From NCBI RefSeq assembly GCF_009914755.1, contig NC_060929.1: a stretch of DNA of 64,000 nt; one strand, 5' to 3'. The position numbers and the translations under genes are program-made. Below, piece after piece: positions 30,210-40,942 of the stretch. Every line of letters starts with the position of its first letter. The stretch's first letter is position 1. The DNA is from the human T2T-CHM13v2.0 reference genome, Homo sapiens. The notes under the pieces are model-generated. The model searched no databases. It had not been told where the DNA came from and saw only the letters and a program-made list of their open reading frames with translations.

Positions 30210-30365
30210 TATTCAATAAATTCAGTCAATAAAACTTTGTTTACTATCTGCCAGGCACAGACTGAGTGCTGGAGAAAAAATGGCAAGCAAAATACACAGT
30301 ATATGTGCCCTTGAGAAGCTTAGATTCCAGTGGGGAAGATAGATAATTAAACATGTTACAGTGTG
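30210..30365 (-). mobile_element. L2 3' end
   Basis: TGCCAGGCACAG...GTGCTGGAGA...TGCCCTTGAGAAGCTTAGATTCCAGTGGGGAAGA. Confidence 0.7.
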
Positions 30366-30384
30366 ATGGTGCTGCCTTGCTTGT

Positions 30385-30535
30385 TTGCCTTTCTGTCTGA
30401 ATTATCATGTACTTTTCTCACTAGATTGAAAGTATTTTGAAGGCAGGGCTGTGACTCATGCACTTTTGTATTCCTAGAAGCTCACACTAGGCCAGCGGTA
30501 TAGTAAGCACTCAAAGATTTAATAAGTAAATGAGA
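30385..30535 (+). mobile_element. L2 3' end
   Basis: CACTAGATTG...TTGAAGGCAGGG...TTTGTATTCC...ATAGTAAGCACTCAA. Confidence 0.7.
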
Positions 30536-30604
30536 AAATGAAGCCTACATCTATGTCAAATTTTTATGGAGTAATCACATGCTCTTGAAAAAAAAGACAC
30601 ATTC

Positions 30605-30960
30605 CCCAACTCCTTTCACATTCCTATGCTTGAATACAGCCTTTACTATAATTTCAGTGATGGAGAGCTCTCAAATTTCTTTGCTTAATCTTTGGACAAT
30701 TCTATTTATCAGACATTTCTTGCTCATACTGAACCAAAATCTTTTACCTTACGTCTTCAATGTTGGTTCTAATTCTGTCCATTGAAAACATACAGGATGA
30801 GTCTAATCTCTCATTCAGATGACAACTTTCAAATATATGAAGACAATTATATTCATTCTCTTTTCTTCGGTAGTCATAATATTCCTAGCGTGTTCAATCA
30901 TTTCTTGCTCTAGGATTTGAAGTTTCTTTTCAGATACGGACACTTAACTTCCCTGCCATG
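30605..30960 (-). mobile_element. L3/CR1 LINE fragment
   Basis: GTGATGGAGAGCTC...TTGGACAATTCTA...TACTGAACCAAAATCT...ATGACAACTTTCAAATATATGAAGACA. Confidence 0.75.
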
Positions 30961-31850
30961 TACTTCCTTTTGGTTGTGGTCTTTTGCCTCTTCTTTAAAG
31001 AACACAACATGGTTTGAAGGGTCTGTTAATGTTTTTCTAATGAGTGTTAGGCATTCAGGGATCACCCAACAACTGGGCTTGGCAACTGGGAGTAGGGTGC
31101 ACTATTATTGCAAGAAAAAGTATTGTTTGAAGACCAGGCATGGAATAAATTGCTGTAGATTTGCCCTGAGACACTCCAATAGCTTGGGAAGTAGGCTTCA
31201 AGTATTGGGAGACATTTTTTGCTAAAGGAATATCTACCAAATATGACTGTAATGTTCTTGAAGGTAGTATCTGCATGTGAGTTTAGTTCTGTCCAAGGTA
31301 ATTCCATGTGACCAGAAAATTTGGCAATGATTTACAATTAAAGGATAGAAATGAAGCAACACATGTAAACCTGAAGTTCTTTCAAAATGACCTTCTTGAT
31401 GTAAGGTGAAAATTGAAGTCATTGCTTTTAGAAGATGTGGTAAAGGTGGCAGGTGAACCATAAAACACCTCAAATGATTATAGGTGATCTAGAGTAGATT
31501 TTGAGGATTTTTAAGAGAGCAATCTTGTTCAAAGTGCCAATGGTGACAAAGATGAACTTGTCCTAAAATAGTAGGTCTAATGCTCAGCCTATAGATACCT
31601 AGGCAGTAGAGCAACTGTAGCATCCCTGTTTATGGGTTCTGCCAAGATCCAACCCAACGAATTGTAAATGGAACAACAGAGGTCCGTCTGAAGATTGTTT
31701 AACATCTGAATATATTATCACAATATAATAAATATGCCAATTTCTTTCATGGTTTCATACAGTTTGAATACACTATTGCCTTGGTTTGGAATGCTCTTCT
31801 ATTTTATCTCATGTGGGTTGAGTTAATCGTTCAAGATAGAGTCCAAGTAC

Positions 31851-32207
31851 TGCCACCGAGTGCTGACACTGGGGAAGACTATATGGCAACACAGAGAGTT
31901 CAGTGTCCAGAAAGCCAAAAGCCAATACCAGATGTACCCTTGAGGCTGCCCAGGGTTAACACTTAGAAAGCCAAGGTTGCCACTAGCTTCTCCTATTTCT
32001 GGCCATGAGCAAGAACATGGCCAGAAATAGGAGAAAAGGACAAGAACATTAGAGCAAGAGGAATGTAGTGAGCAGTGAGAAAACAGAATGAAAGCAAAGG
32101 GAAAAGAAACAAGGAGTGTCCAAGATGGCTACCACCAAAGAGGTTGAAAGCCTAATGGCTATTTTTCTGGTTATGAGCTTCATTGTTTGTCCGTGTGTAC
32201 AGGCACA
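31851..32207. mobile_element. Unassigned LTR-like insert in an L2 fragment
   Basis: About 360 bp of GC-richer sequence with TG...CA ends between L2-like flanks (31770-31850 and 32215-32270); family not recognised. Confidence 0.3.
31988..32035. repeat. Perfect 20-bp inverted repeat with 8-nt spacer
   Basis: TTCTCCTATTTCTGGCCATG-AGCAAGAA-CATGGCCAGAAATAGGAGAA. Confidence 0.98.
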
Positions 32208-33569
32208 GCATTAAGGCAAATTCTGTACTGTTTATATCTTTACCTGTCTATTTCCCCCATAGGATCCAGTAAATAATACACAATATAAAGGAGCCCTTTC
32301 TTTTTTTCTTATTTTTCTGTATTATCAAGGAAAGAAACACAACTTCCTTGAGTCCAGTCTTGCCAAGTCACACCGATTGTGAATGAGTGAGTATCATGGA
32401 GTCATAACCTAAAGGAGCTCTTGAAAATCATCTATTCTTGCTCTTACATAATAGAGACAACATGATTGATCTTCTGCCACCTTTGACCTTAGGCAACTGC
32501 CTTTCCTGCCCATCTGGAAATCTGCAATAGTTTTGTGTAAACTTTCAGTTTGCTATTTAATTCTTTATATATCTATGCCTTAATTCCCAAATCCAGCTGT
32601 AATCTTCTTGTGGGTAGTGTCTGCATGCGAGTTTAGCTTGATCTAAAGTGACCAGAAAATCTGGCACTGGTTTGCATGAAACTTTTGTTCAAGATATATT
32701 TTGAAGAGAGAAATAGAATTTAAACATGAAAGATTTTTTAATGGTATGAATTCAACTTAGGAAAGCCTCAAAAAAAAAACCCTATCAATTTCATTTATTT
32801 CTTCTGGAATTAGTTGTTTTTATGAATGGGAAAAATGTAAAAGGTGATTGTTATTATAGTTGAATGTAGAGCAAAATGCTCAAGGAAGTTTCCATGCACA
32901 TTTTCCAAAAGCTGAAACCTTAATTTTTGGGAAACTGATTTTTGAAAATATGTCTGTAATTAGATGCTATTGCTGATAGACAAATATGTGTGTATACTTA
33001 CAAGTTCCCTACCTTGTTATTATCCTATTAGATCATTTGTACTATTTAATTTCATCAGTGTCACAAATTAATTTTATGTGAAACCTAATCACTCAGTATC
33101 CATTATCTTGTTTTTGCTCTACAACAAACAGTGAGATAAAGTCATTGAGACTTTATCCAAAGTAAATATAACTTAGTAATTACTAGAAAAAGAAGATGTT
33201 TTCTTGTTTGAAGAAACAGCATTTTAACAAGAAGCAAAGCCACCAGTGGTACATTTATGTTTCTGCCTTGGGCAGATAAATGAACTAAATGACCTCTTTC
33301 TATCATTTTCAGCCCTGTGATTCTATCAGCAAAAGGCTTTCAGAGTCATGTGATAGCATAAGCCAAGACTTCTGGTAATTTCAAAGTCTTTCAACTATTT
33401 TCCCAGGAGTTTTATCCTCTCTGGGTTGTAAGCTTCATTTCAGAAATATGGGAGGTGACTATGACAAAGCAAAGAGGCATCCCCTTTGGATCAACTTGGA
33501 AGGCTGTGTGGGCATGTGCAGGCAGACAGCAGAAGTCACATCCTATAGGTTCTATTTAGCATTCACCTC

Positions 33570-33870
33570 GTGACTCAGTCCAGATACTCACTTAATAACC
33601 AAGTTCAGGTTCAGGAAACAGCCAAATTTCAACCACTGTAGATTTTCTACCTTCAACAGTACCTGACAAATTTGGCCTACTGTGTCTTTGTTTGTTTGTT
33701 TGCTTCTTTGTTTACAAAACCCCAAACAGGTAACTTTTTCACTGGATTCTAGTTTCATCAAGTAATTTCCTTTTGTTTACACAAATATGGGATGCAAACA
33801 AATGAAAAAGACAAACTTTTGGCTAAAAAGAACTTTGACCTCATCTATGTAAGCCAAACACTTTCAAACA
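33570..33870. promoter_or_regulatory. Candidate enhancer (forkhead, HNF4/DR1 and AP-1 motif cluster)
   Basis: TGACTCA at 33571, TGTTTAC at 33709 and 33774, (TGTT)n-TGC, GCAAACA at 33794, AGAACTTTGACCT at 33829-33841; motif evidence only. Confidence 0.35.
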
Positions 33871-34389
33871 TAATGTATTTATAACCTTTCCACCCCTATT
33901 CTTGGTTTTATTCTTTTTTGGTTCTATAGACAACTACAAAAAAAATGAAAGAAAAAGTTCTGGGAGCAAATAATATCATGGAGTTAGAGTTATACTTTTA
34001 GTAGTCCAAAGAAATGGTTCACAGATGTGCTGCACAGCCTCTTCTGACAGAAGCTCCATGCTAATGTTGATGAAAGAATATATTCCTTCTTTTCCAAGAT
34101 GGCCCAGGGAATGCACAGCACCATGATATTCTGAGAGGGCTTTCAACAACTTTTAGCCATTTTGTTTGGCTCTATGACAGTCAAAAAATTTTTGTCCCCA
34201 GAGAATTTCCTTCAATATAATCGTGCAAGAAGTTCAAAGCGAAATAGTTGCGCTTTCTCTGACCTATCTAGTCTTTCCAACGATTTGCTAACAAAATGAT
34301 GCACAATTCATTTGTTCTGAAAATGTTTCCACTTCTGCCATAGCAAGCAGTCTAAAGAGTCATACAATTTACAACTCTTTCTGTTTACT

Positions 34390-34700
34390 AAAAAAGGTGA
34401 GGAATGATACAGTTCATCTATTGATGAATCTTTTTTTAAAGCCACCAACCAACACGTATGGTACAATTTCATTTTGGCAAAATATAATCTACCTGTGTGC
34501 ATACATAGAAAAATAGACTGTTAGGCTATAAACCAATGTAGCCTATAATCAGTGCTGATTATCACTTAAAGCTGATTATCACTGGTTGGTAAAATTATAA
34601 ATAATTTATGTTTCCTTCCTTATGTGTCACTGTCTTTTCTGAAATATTTGCAATAGCATGTATAACTGGGTTCTTTTCCTGCTTATAATAATTTTTTAAA
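34390..34700 (+). mobile_element. L1ME 3' end
   Basis: GTATGGTACAATTTCATTTTG...CATAGAAAAATAGACTG...TTTTCTGAAATATTTGCAATAGCATGTAT. Confidence 0.6.
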
Positions 34701-37010
34701 GTCAAACATTTACTTACTAACTATAAGGAAGCAATAAAGCTATTTTCATTTTTCAAACAATAAATAAAAATACGTTTGTCAAAATAAGTCTGCACTAATG
34801 GGGCACTTTGTTCCTTTCTCTCAATATAAATTTCAGCTGGAATTCAGAGGTCAATCTTAAATTATAGAGTTATACTAAAAACCCATAAGATTTATTCATT
34901 AAAATGTTCCTGCAGAGTTCTGTAGCATCCTGTAGGTGTGGCAAATGAACAAATAAAACTCATATCCAAATTCAGTATCTCTCACCTCCGAACATTTGCT
35001 TTACTTATCACCACAGGGAAGTACACCACCGGCACAACCTTAAGCTATAACTCTATCCCAAAAAAGGAGATGAGTCACAAGTCACTTTTAAGAAATACAA
35101 TAGAATTTTTTTTCTTGTAATGAACGCTGAAAGGGAAATGTTTTACTTGTCCTGACAACTCTAGCAAGTCATAGCCCAAAAATATGAGTAGGATGTTGAG
35201 CCAAAAGCTTTTTAAAGGCTAGACAAATACCAGCAGCATTAATAAAGGACCAGAAAGACTTCTATTGCAGCACTCTTGGGTTTACAATGTGATTATTGTT
35301 TTATGAGCAGAGAAAGTATCTTGAATACCATGACAATTTTATGTTTCCTAGGTGCTGGAAAAACTAGAAAGTGAGAGGGGATGGTATCTGATGAGGTAAA
35401 AGCACAGTGGCTGAATGCCTTGTCAATGAGGCTTTTACAAAAATTTTTAATCTCTTGAGTCAGGATTTTGTTTCTGTGGCAATGAAGATGTAGGCATTGG
35501 GAAGCTGGGGGTGAATTTCTGTGGTGCTGTCTTGCTGGGGATGGCCTGGTGACAATCTGCTCTGCTCACGATGAGAAGACTTTAGTCCAAGTTTAGTCTT
35601 TTAAAACGCCAACAGTAATGTACCCACATCTCTCCCTGCCTTGTGAAACATGTTTCCTCCATTCTGAGTTTATTTAATGCCAATTCATGCTGTGCTTAAC
35701 TATATGAAACCAGCCAGCCTGAGGTCCAAAACGAGTGATATTCTGTTCCTTTAACAAGATTATAACTAGTGGTTAAATAACATTCTCCAGCAGCTCCCTC
35801 CCCAACCCTATCCCAAGCTGGAGTAGGAGTAGTAAGGTAAAGAGAGACCTGAGTAGTCCAGCCTCTCTCTTGTATTTGAGGCTGGGGCTTTGAGTTTTCT
35901 TCAATGTCCTTGTAAGTTTGAACTCTTCATCTGACTCTACTATCCTAGGCAATATGGACAGAGATAGAGCCTTCCTCTCACCATAATCTTGGGTACTCTG
36001 TCCAAAGACCAAACCATCTGATACTTTCTTTCAAACCAAAAATATAGAGTCCTTGATTGGGTGGAGATGGGTGGAGAGAAAAACCTGATTTCTTGCCGAT
36101 TTCTCCCTTCAACCAGGATTATACCAATGAGAAAGAACAATTAGCAGGCTACTCCCAGAACAGTGCCCTGGCAATGCATGGTACACATGCTTTGTGTGTT
36201 TAAAAGGAGCTGCTGATAATGGTGAAGAAATCCAGAAAGCATCTGGGAAAATCCCTGACAAGGCACACCTTTCTTTCAGCCTATATGCCAGGTGTCACAC
36301 ATAGGACCAAGCATCGTCTTTCATGGCCCAGTACAAACTTGTACCATGGGACCTAAGCCAAGCATGATTCCTTTGAGCTTGCCCAGTTTAAACTTGCAAG
36401 GTGCGCCGCCACCACCCCCCAACCTCAACCCAACTCTACCCCCAACTAACATACCCACACACATGCACAAGTTCACATGCTATCTCAGCCCATCCCATTT
36501 GTAACTCATCAATCATAAGGGAAGCATTTTTAAGTTTTTCACTCTAAAACTGCATTATGTCCTGCAGGCTGTTTTGTAACTTTTGGATTACGGCACCTAA
36601 CTGTAGTATCATGAAGTTGATAGGTTTGACTCATTTCCTCTTGTAATAAAGCCACAAGGTTAACATTTTTTAGAAAGAAGTATGCTAGCTTCCACATTTC
36701 TTCAGATGTGAAGACTGTACATGGAACAGGCTTTGAGACTGATCCCCTGGAACAAAAAAAAGAGGGTGAATTTTTTAAAGGAAAAGAGTAGTAGTTGTGT
36801 TGTACTAAATAAAATTGATTTTGCCTGACTCTAATGTAATAACAGCAGTTAAACCACTGAAGTTTTTGTGTGGTGTATGTAATGGCAGCATTTTTCTTTT
36901 CTGCTCTACTTTGTCTGAATTTTTAAAAAACTGTAAGATTGAAAGGAAATCTTTTGGTTCTTGTGGAGTCTGTTGATGCCTACCTGTTTCTGGCTGTTGT
37001 GTGGACCTTG

Positions 37011-37431
37011 TTCAGTGGATGCTGTACTGCCTTGACCCCTGCAGGACAGAGGCCCTCATTCCCCAGTTCCTGCAAGTATTAGTTGTCACTGCTGCCAACT
37101 AAGTCTTTCTCCAGGAATTGTCCTCAGCTGAAGGAGAATACCTTACCAAAGGTTATGATCTGCTCTCTGGGAACAGCCTGCGAGCCATGACTAATCAAAG
37201 TGAGGGTAGGCTTGTTCCCTTGACTCAACTGGCACAATTCTGAAGACCATCCCAGCTCTAGAGCTCCACATACGATCATTCAAAAGTCCTGTCCCACATT
37301 ACAGTGCAACTTCTCCTTCTGACCTCATGCTTCCCTTGGCTTTCATAGACAACTGCAAGATCGTACCCAGGTGCACCTATGAGCACATTTCCTTCTTAGA
37401 GCTTTCCCCCTGGGTAACCAAATCTAAGATA
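37011..37431 (+). mobile_element. LTR16C-like LTR, probable 5' LTR of an ERVL provirus
   Basis: AGTGGATGCTGT...CTCATTCCCCAG...GGAATTGTCCTCAGCTGAAG...CCATCCCAGCTCTAGAGCTCC...AATCTAAGATA. Confidence 0.75.
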
Positions 37432-37569
37432 GTTTCCATTTGTTTTCCTGGGACCTAGAGGCTAAAATGAGATTACAAAGCTGGATCTCTCACCAATTGG
37501 CCAGTAACGAAGACCAGTGGTAAGTAGTATACTGATTGCCATTTATGCAAAACTTCACAGTAGTGAAAG

Positions 37570-37786
37570 ATGCCCAAGAAAAACCCCTTGTACCTTCTAC
37601 TATATAAAGACACAGGGAGAAGGCACCATCTATGGACCAGAAAGTGGGCCCTCCCCAAACACTGAATCTGATAGCATCTTGACCTTAGACTTCCCAGACT
37701 CCAGAACTGTGAGAAATAAAGTTCTGTTATTTACAAAACACACAGTCTATGGTATTTTGCCACAGCAGCCCAAATGGACTAGAACA
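37570..37786 (+). mobile_element. MLT1A0 3' half
   Basis: GACACAGGGAGAAGGCACCATCTATG...GACTTCCCAGACTCCAGAACTGTGAGAAATAAA...AGCAGCCCAAATGGACTAGAACA. Confidence 0.85.
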
Positions 37787-37813
37787 CACTGAAATTACAC
37801 AACTCGTATTTCC

Positions 37814-38178
37814 TTTTTTTCTTTCAATTTCCATTTTTATTTTAGATTTGGGGGTACTTGTGCAGGCGGTTACAAGGGCTTATTGCATGGTATTGAGGTT
37901 TGGGCTTCTATTCATCCTGTGTAGTGACTCAGATAGTGAACATAGTACCAATAGGAAATTTTTCAGCCCCTGCACCCTCCCTCCTTTTGGAATCCCCTGT
38001 CTATTGTTCCCATCTTTATGTCCATGGAAATTCAAGACTTAGCTCCCACTGGTAAGAGAGAATATTCAATATTTGGTGTTCTGAGTTAGTTTACTTAGGA
38101 TAAGGGCTTCCAGCTGCATCTATATTGCTGCAAAGGACATGTTTTTGTTCTTTTTTATGGCTGCATCATATTTCCTAG
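37814..38178 (-). mobile_element. L1PA16/17-like 3' end
   Basis: TTTTATTTTAGATTTGGGGGTACTTGTGCAGG...GAGGTTTGGGCTTCTATT...TTAGCTCCCACT...TTTTTTATGGCTGC. Confidence 0.85.
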
Positions 38179-38179
38179 C

Positions 38180-38818
38180 TTATGCATGCACATGCATTTC
38201 GTTCTTAGCAGAACAATGGAAACACTGTACACAGCTAACTCAACTGTTTTCATTTGACTTCTTAATGCACACACTTCTACAACACCATCTTTCTTTGGCT
38301 TAGTGATGAGTAAGGAAGGACTAGAAAGAAAATCTGTGTCCTATCTTTCTCTTTTCTTCTGTTATCATTTGCAGTAAGTGGTTGGCTAATACAAGGAAAT
38401 AACACAAGTACAAAATTATATATAGTAGCATTCATTGGTCTTTCAGGTTTTTGTCATTGCCTCTTTCTGCATTTGAAGCAATTTGGGTTCAAATGGCAAT
38501 TATGGCCTATCAGTTGCAAACTTAAATGCTTATATTTTACTTGCTTTGCAACTCCTTGAACTCCTATGTATGCTGGGAGAATTCTCATTTATGAACATCA
38601 CAAACTCTTTATGCTTATGGAATGGCAAAGAATGATGGGCATGCATATTCAAGTATCTCTTCACACCATTCATGCATATCTCCATTGTCCCATCAGACTT
38701 TACTTACAAGACACAGTTCAAAGATAAAAGTATTAAAAATTTCAAGATGGTAACTGCACAACATTAAACTAAGCATGGGCTCTCTGCAGCTCCAGGTAAA
38801 TCCTGGAAACCAGCCTTG
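38180..38818 (-). mobile_element. MER45B-like (hAT-Tip100) DNA transposon
   Basis: Right end AATTTCAAGATGGTAACTGCACAACATTAAACTAAGCATGGG...AAACCAGCCTTG resembles the reverse complement of the MER45 start. Confidence 0.65.
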
Positions 38819-38819
38819 A

Positions 38820-39286
38820 GTGGTGAACTGGATTGGGATATTGAGAGAAGGAAATGCAATGGCAGCTAAAATGTCTCAAATATTTGAGATGTTCATGAAA
38901 AAGAATAATTATAAAGACTATGAAATTGGATGGCTGTTCCTGAGGGCCATCAATGCATCAATATGTCAATGCATCTGTGCATTGGAGAAAGACAATGAAA
39001 GGCTGAAGGTGATTAGTTACCAATGTAAAAATGTAAAAGACAGAATTTTTTTGTCATTTAATAAAGAGATTCTCATCTCCTGTAGCCATAGGGTAGAAAA
39101 AGCTAGGATTAAGCCAAGTACCTAATGACTGAGAAAGCTTTCCAGAGAAAGCTGAATTCCCAGCCTCAGAGGTCTACTGGGCCAAGGTCAAGGTTCTGAT
39201 CAGGAAAGAGTGGAACTCTGAAAATTGGGAAGGGGATATATGAGTTAATTCAGCCCAAAATCTTGAAATCCCAGGTTTCCCTCAGC
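38820..39286 (+). pseudogene. ERVL (HERV16/ERV3-16A3-like) gag remnant
   Basis: 39181-39243 translates AKVKVLIRKEWNSENWEGDI*, similar to ERVL Gag KVRALIGKEWDP.TW.GD.W; the upstream ORF has YKDYEIGWLFL...LEKDNERL. Confidence 0.75.
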
Positions 39287-39510
39287 CAGGGCCAGCCAAC
39301 TTACTTTGTAAAAGGCCAGATGGTAAATATTTTAGGCTTTGGGAGCCCTAGGATTGCTATCACAACTGCTCACCTCTGCTGTTGGAGTGTCAAAGCTGCA
39401 GTAGACAATAATTACTTGAATTATTATTACAAAGGATGTGGCTACCTTACAATAAAACTTTATTCACAAAAATAATCCATATTTGGCCTGCAAGCCATTG
39501 TTCTTTCAGA
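39287..39510 (-). mobile_element. MER58A (hAT-Charlie)
   Basis: TGTAAAAGGCCAGATGGTAAATATTTTAGGCTTTG...CAATAAAACTTTATTCACAAAAA...ATTTGGCCTGCAAGCC. Confidence 0.88.
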
Positions 39511-40060
39511 CGAACCAAATGAAAAGCATACGACAGAAGTGGAACACTAGAGATCAGGCACAATCAGGGCCAGAAAGTACAAACAAGCTGCTTGAGCAAA
39601 CAGCCAGACTCCATGTGTCCACAGCTGCTGCCCCCATGCCTCTTCCTCAGCTCACACCTTGGCCCCATTGCAGGTGGGAACCTCTTTTACCAGATTTTGG
39701 AGGAGCAAAAAACAAAAAAAAAAAACAAAAAAAAAAACCAGAACTTTATTTACCGATGAGTCATCTTGATATGTGGTACAAGCCAAAACTGGCTTATTAC
39801 TATGTTATAACCCAACTCAAGGTGAGGGGTTATCCTTCCAAAGGACAGAATTTCAGGCAGTGATGATCATCCACTTGTGTAGGAAAAAAACTGACCCAAG
39901 GTAAGTGTATGTGCAGAATCTTGGGGTGAGATGTTCAGGTGAGAGAAGGGGGTTCAGAATGGTCAAGGGTTTAGGAGGAAAAAGAATGAAAGACTGGATT
40001 CAAGGAAGTCTGGGGAAGAGGCAAGTAGATGGACCCCAGATTCTCAGAGCCCATTCATTT
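39511..40060 (+). pseudogene. ERVL pol remnant (connection and RNase H region)
   Basis: KWNTRDQAQSGPESTNKLLEQ and PMPLPQLTP resemble ERVL Pol KWYIRDRA.AGPEGTSKLHE; TTTACCGATGAGTCA at 39749 reads FTDES versus RNase H FTDGS. Confidence 0.75.
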
Positions 40061-40129
40061 CCTAGGGATCATGAGCTACCCATACCTTACTTTGTCCTTA
40101 TTTATTCAATTGGCTTTTTTGTTCTCACA

Positions 40130-40350
40130 AGATTGCCAGACATGGGGGTAAGTGATGAGATTACAGAAGCAAATTAAACTAGGTCTCTATCCTCAAGGAG
40201 TTGACTCTCTAAGGAAAACAGGCATGTAAACAACTAACTGGAGTACAGTGTGATCCATGATACTATTTAAAGTAAAGGACAACGTGCTGCAAGAATACAG
40301 ACTAAACAGTGAGGATAAAGAAAAACTTCATGGAAGATGGAACACTTTAA
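40130..40350 (-). mobile_element. L2 fragment
   Basis: GGTCTCTATCCTCAAGGAGTTGAC...ACAGGCATGTAAACAACTAACT...AAAACTTCATGGAAGATG. Confidence 0.65.
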
Positions 40351-40397
40351 CTTATATAACACATCAAGTATAACATTTTTAAGGGGAAAAAAAAGGT

Positions 40398-40942
40398 ATG
40401 TTCCTTCCTTCTTTTTGGCATTAATCATATCTGTTTTTGGCTTTCCATCCAATCACTATTCTCTACTTTTTCATTACTAACAAAAATCAAAATTTAGAGT
40501 GACTATAACACTACTTTAAAATACCTACCCCAGCTTCCTTGCAGGTAGGTGTGTATGGTCATGTGACCAAGTTATGGCCAAAGAAGTATAAAAGCAACCC
40601 TCTCAGGTAAGATTCTAGAAAGCTTTTAAATTATTATTATCATTACTAAAAAGAGACAGAGTAATCTAATATGTGCCTTTTGTTTATTGCTTTTTGTCCT
40701 TCGCCTGAAATTTGGACATGATGCCTAGAAGTAGAGCTTAAACCCATGAGAATGAAAGCCATATATTAAAGATGACAGAACAAGATAAAAGAAGGGTCCT
40801 GGTTCTTTGATGATGTTATTGAATAGTGACACTGGATCCTTACCTCCATACTCCCGGCTAAGGCTGAAAATTCAACCTGTTTGGTTAGCCACTGTAGTTC
40901 AAGTGTAGATGACATGCAGCCAAACAAAATCTTGACCAATAA
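40398..40942 (+). mobile_element. MLT1J/K-like MaLR LTR
   Basis: CCCAGCTTCCTTGCAG...GGTCATGTGACCAAGTTATGGCCAA...CCTGGTTCTTTGATGATG...AGCCACTGTAG...ATGCAGCCAAAC. Confidence 0.75.
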
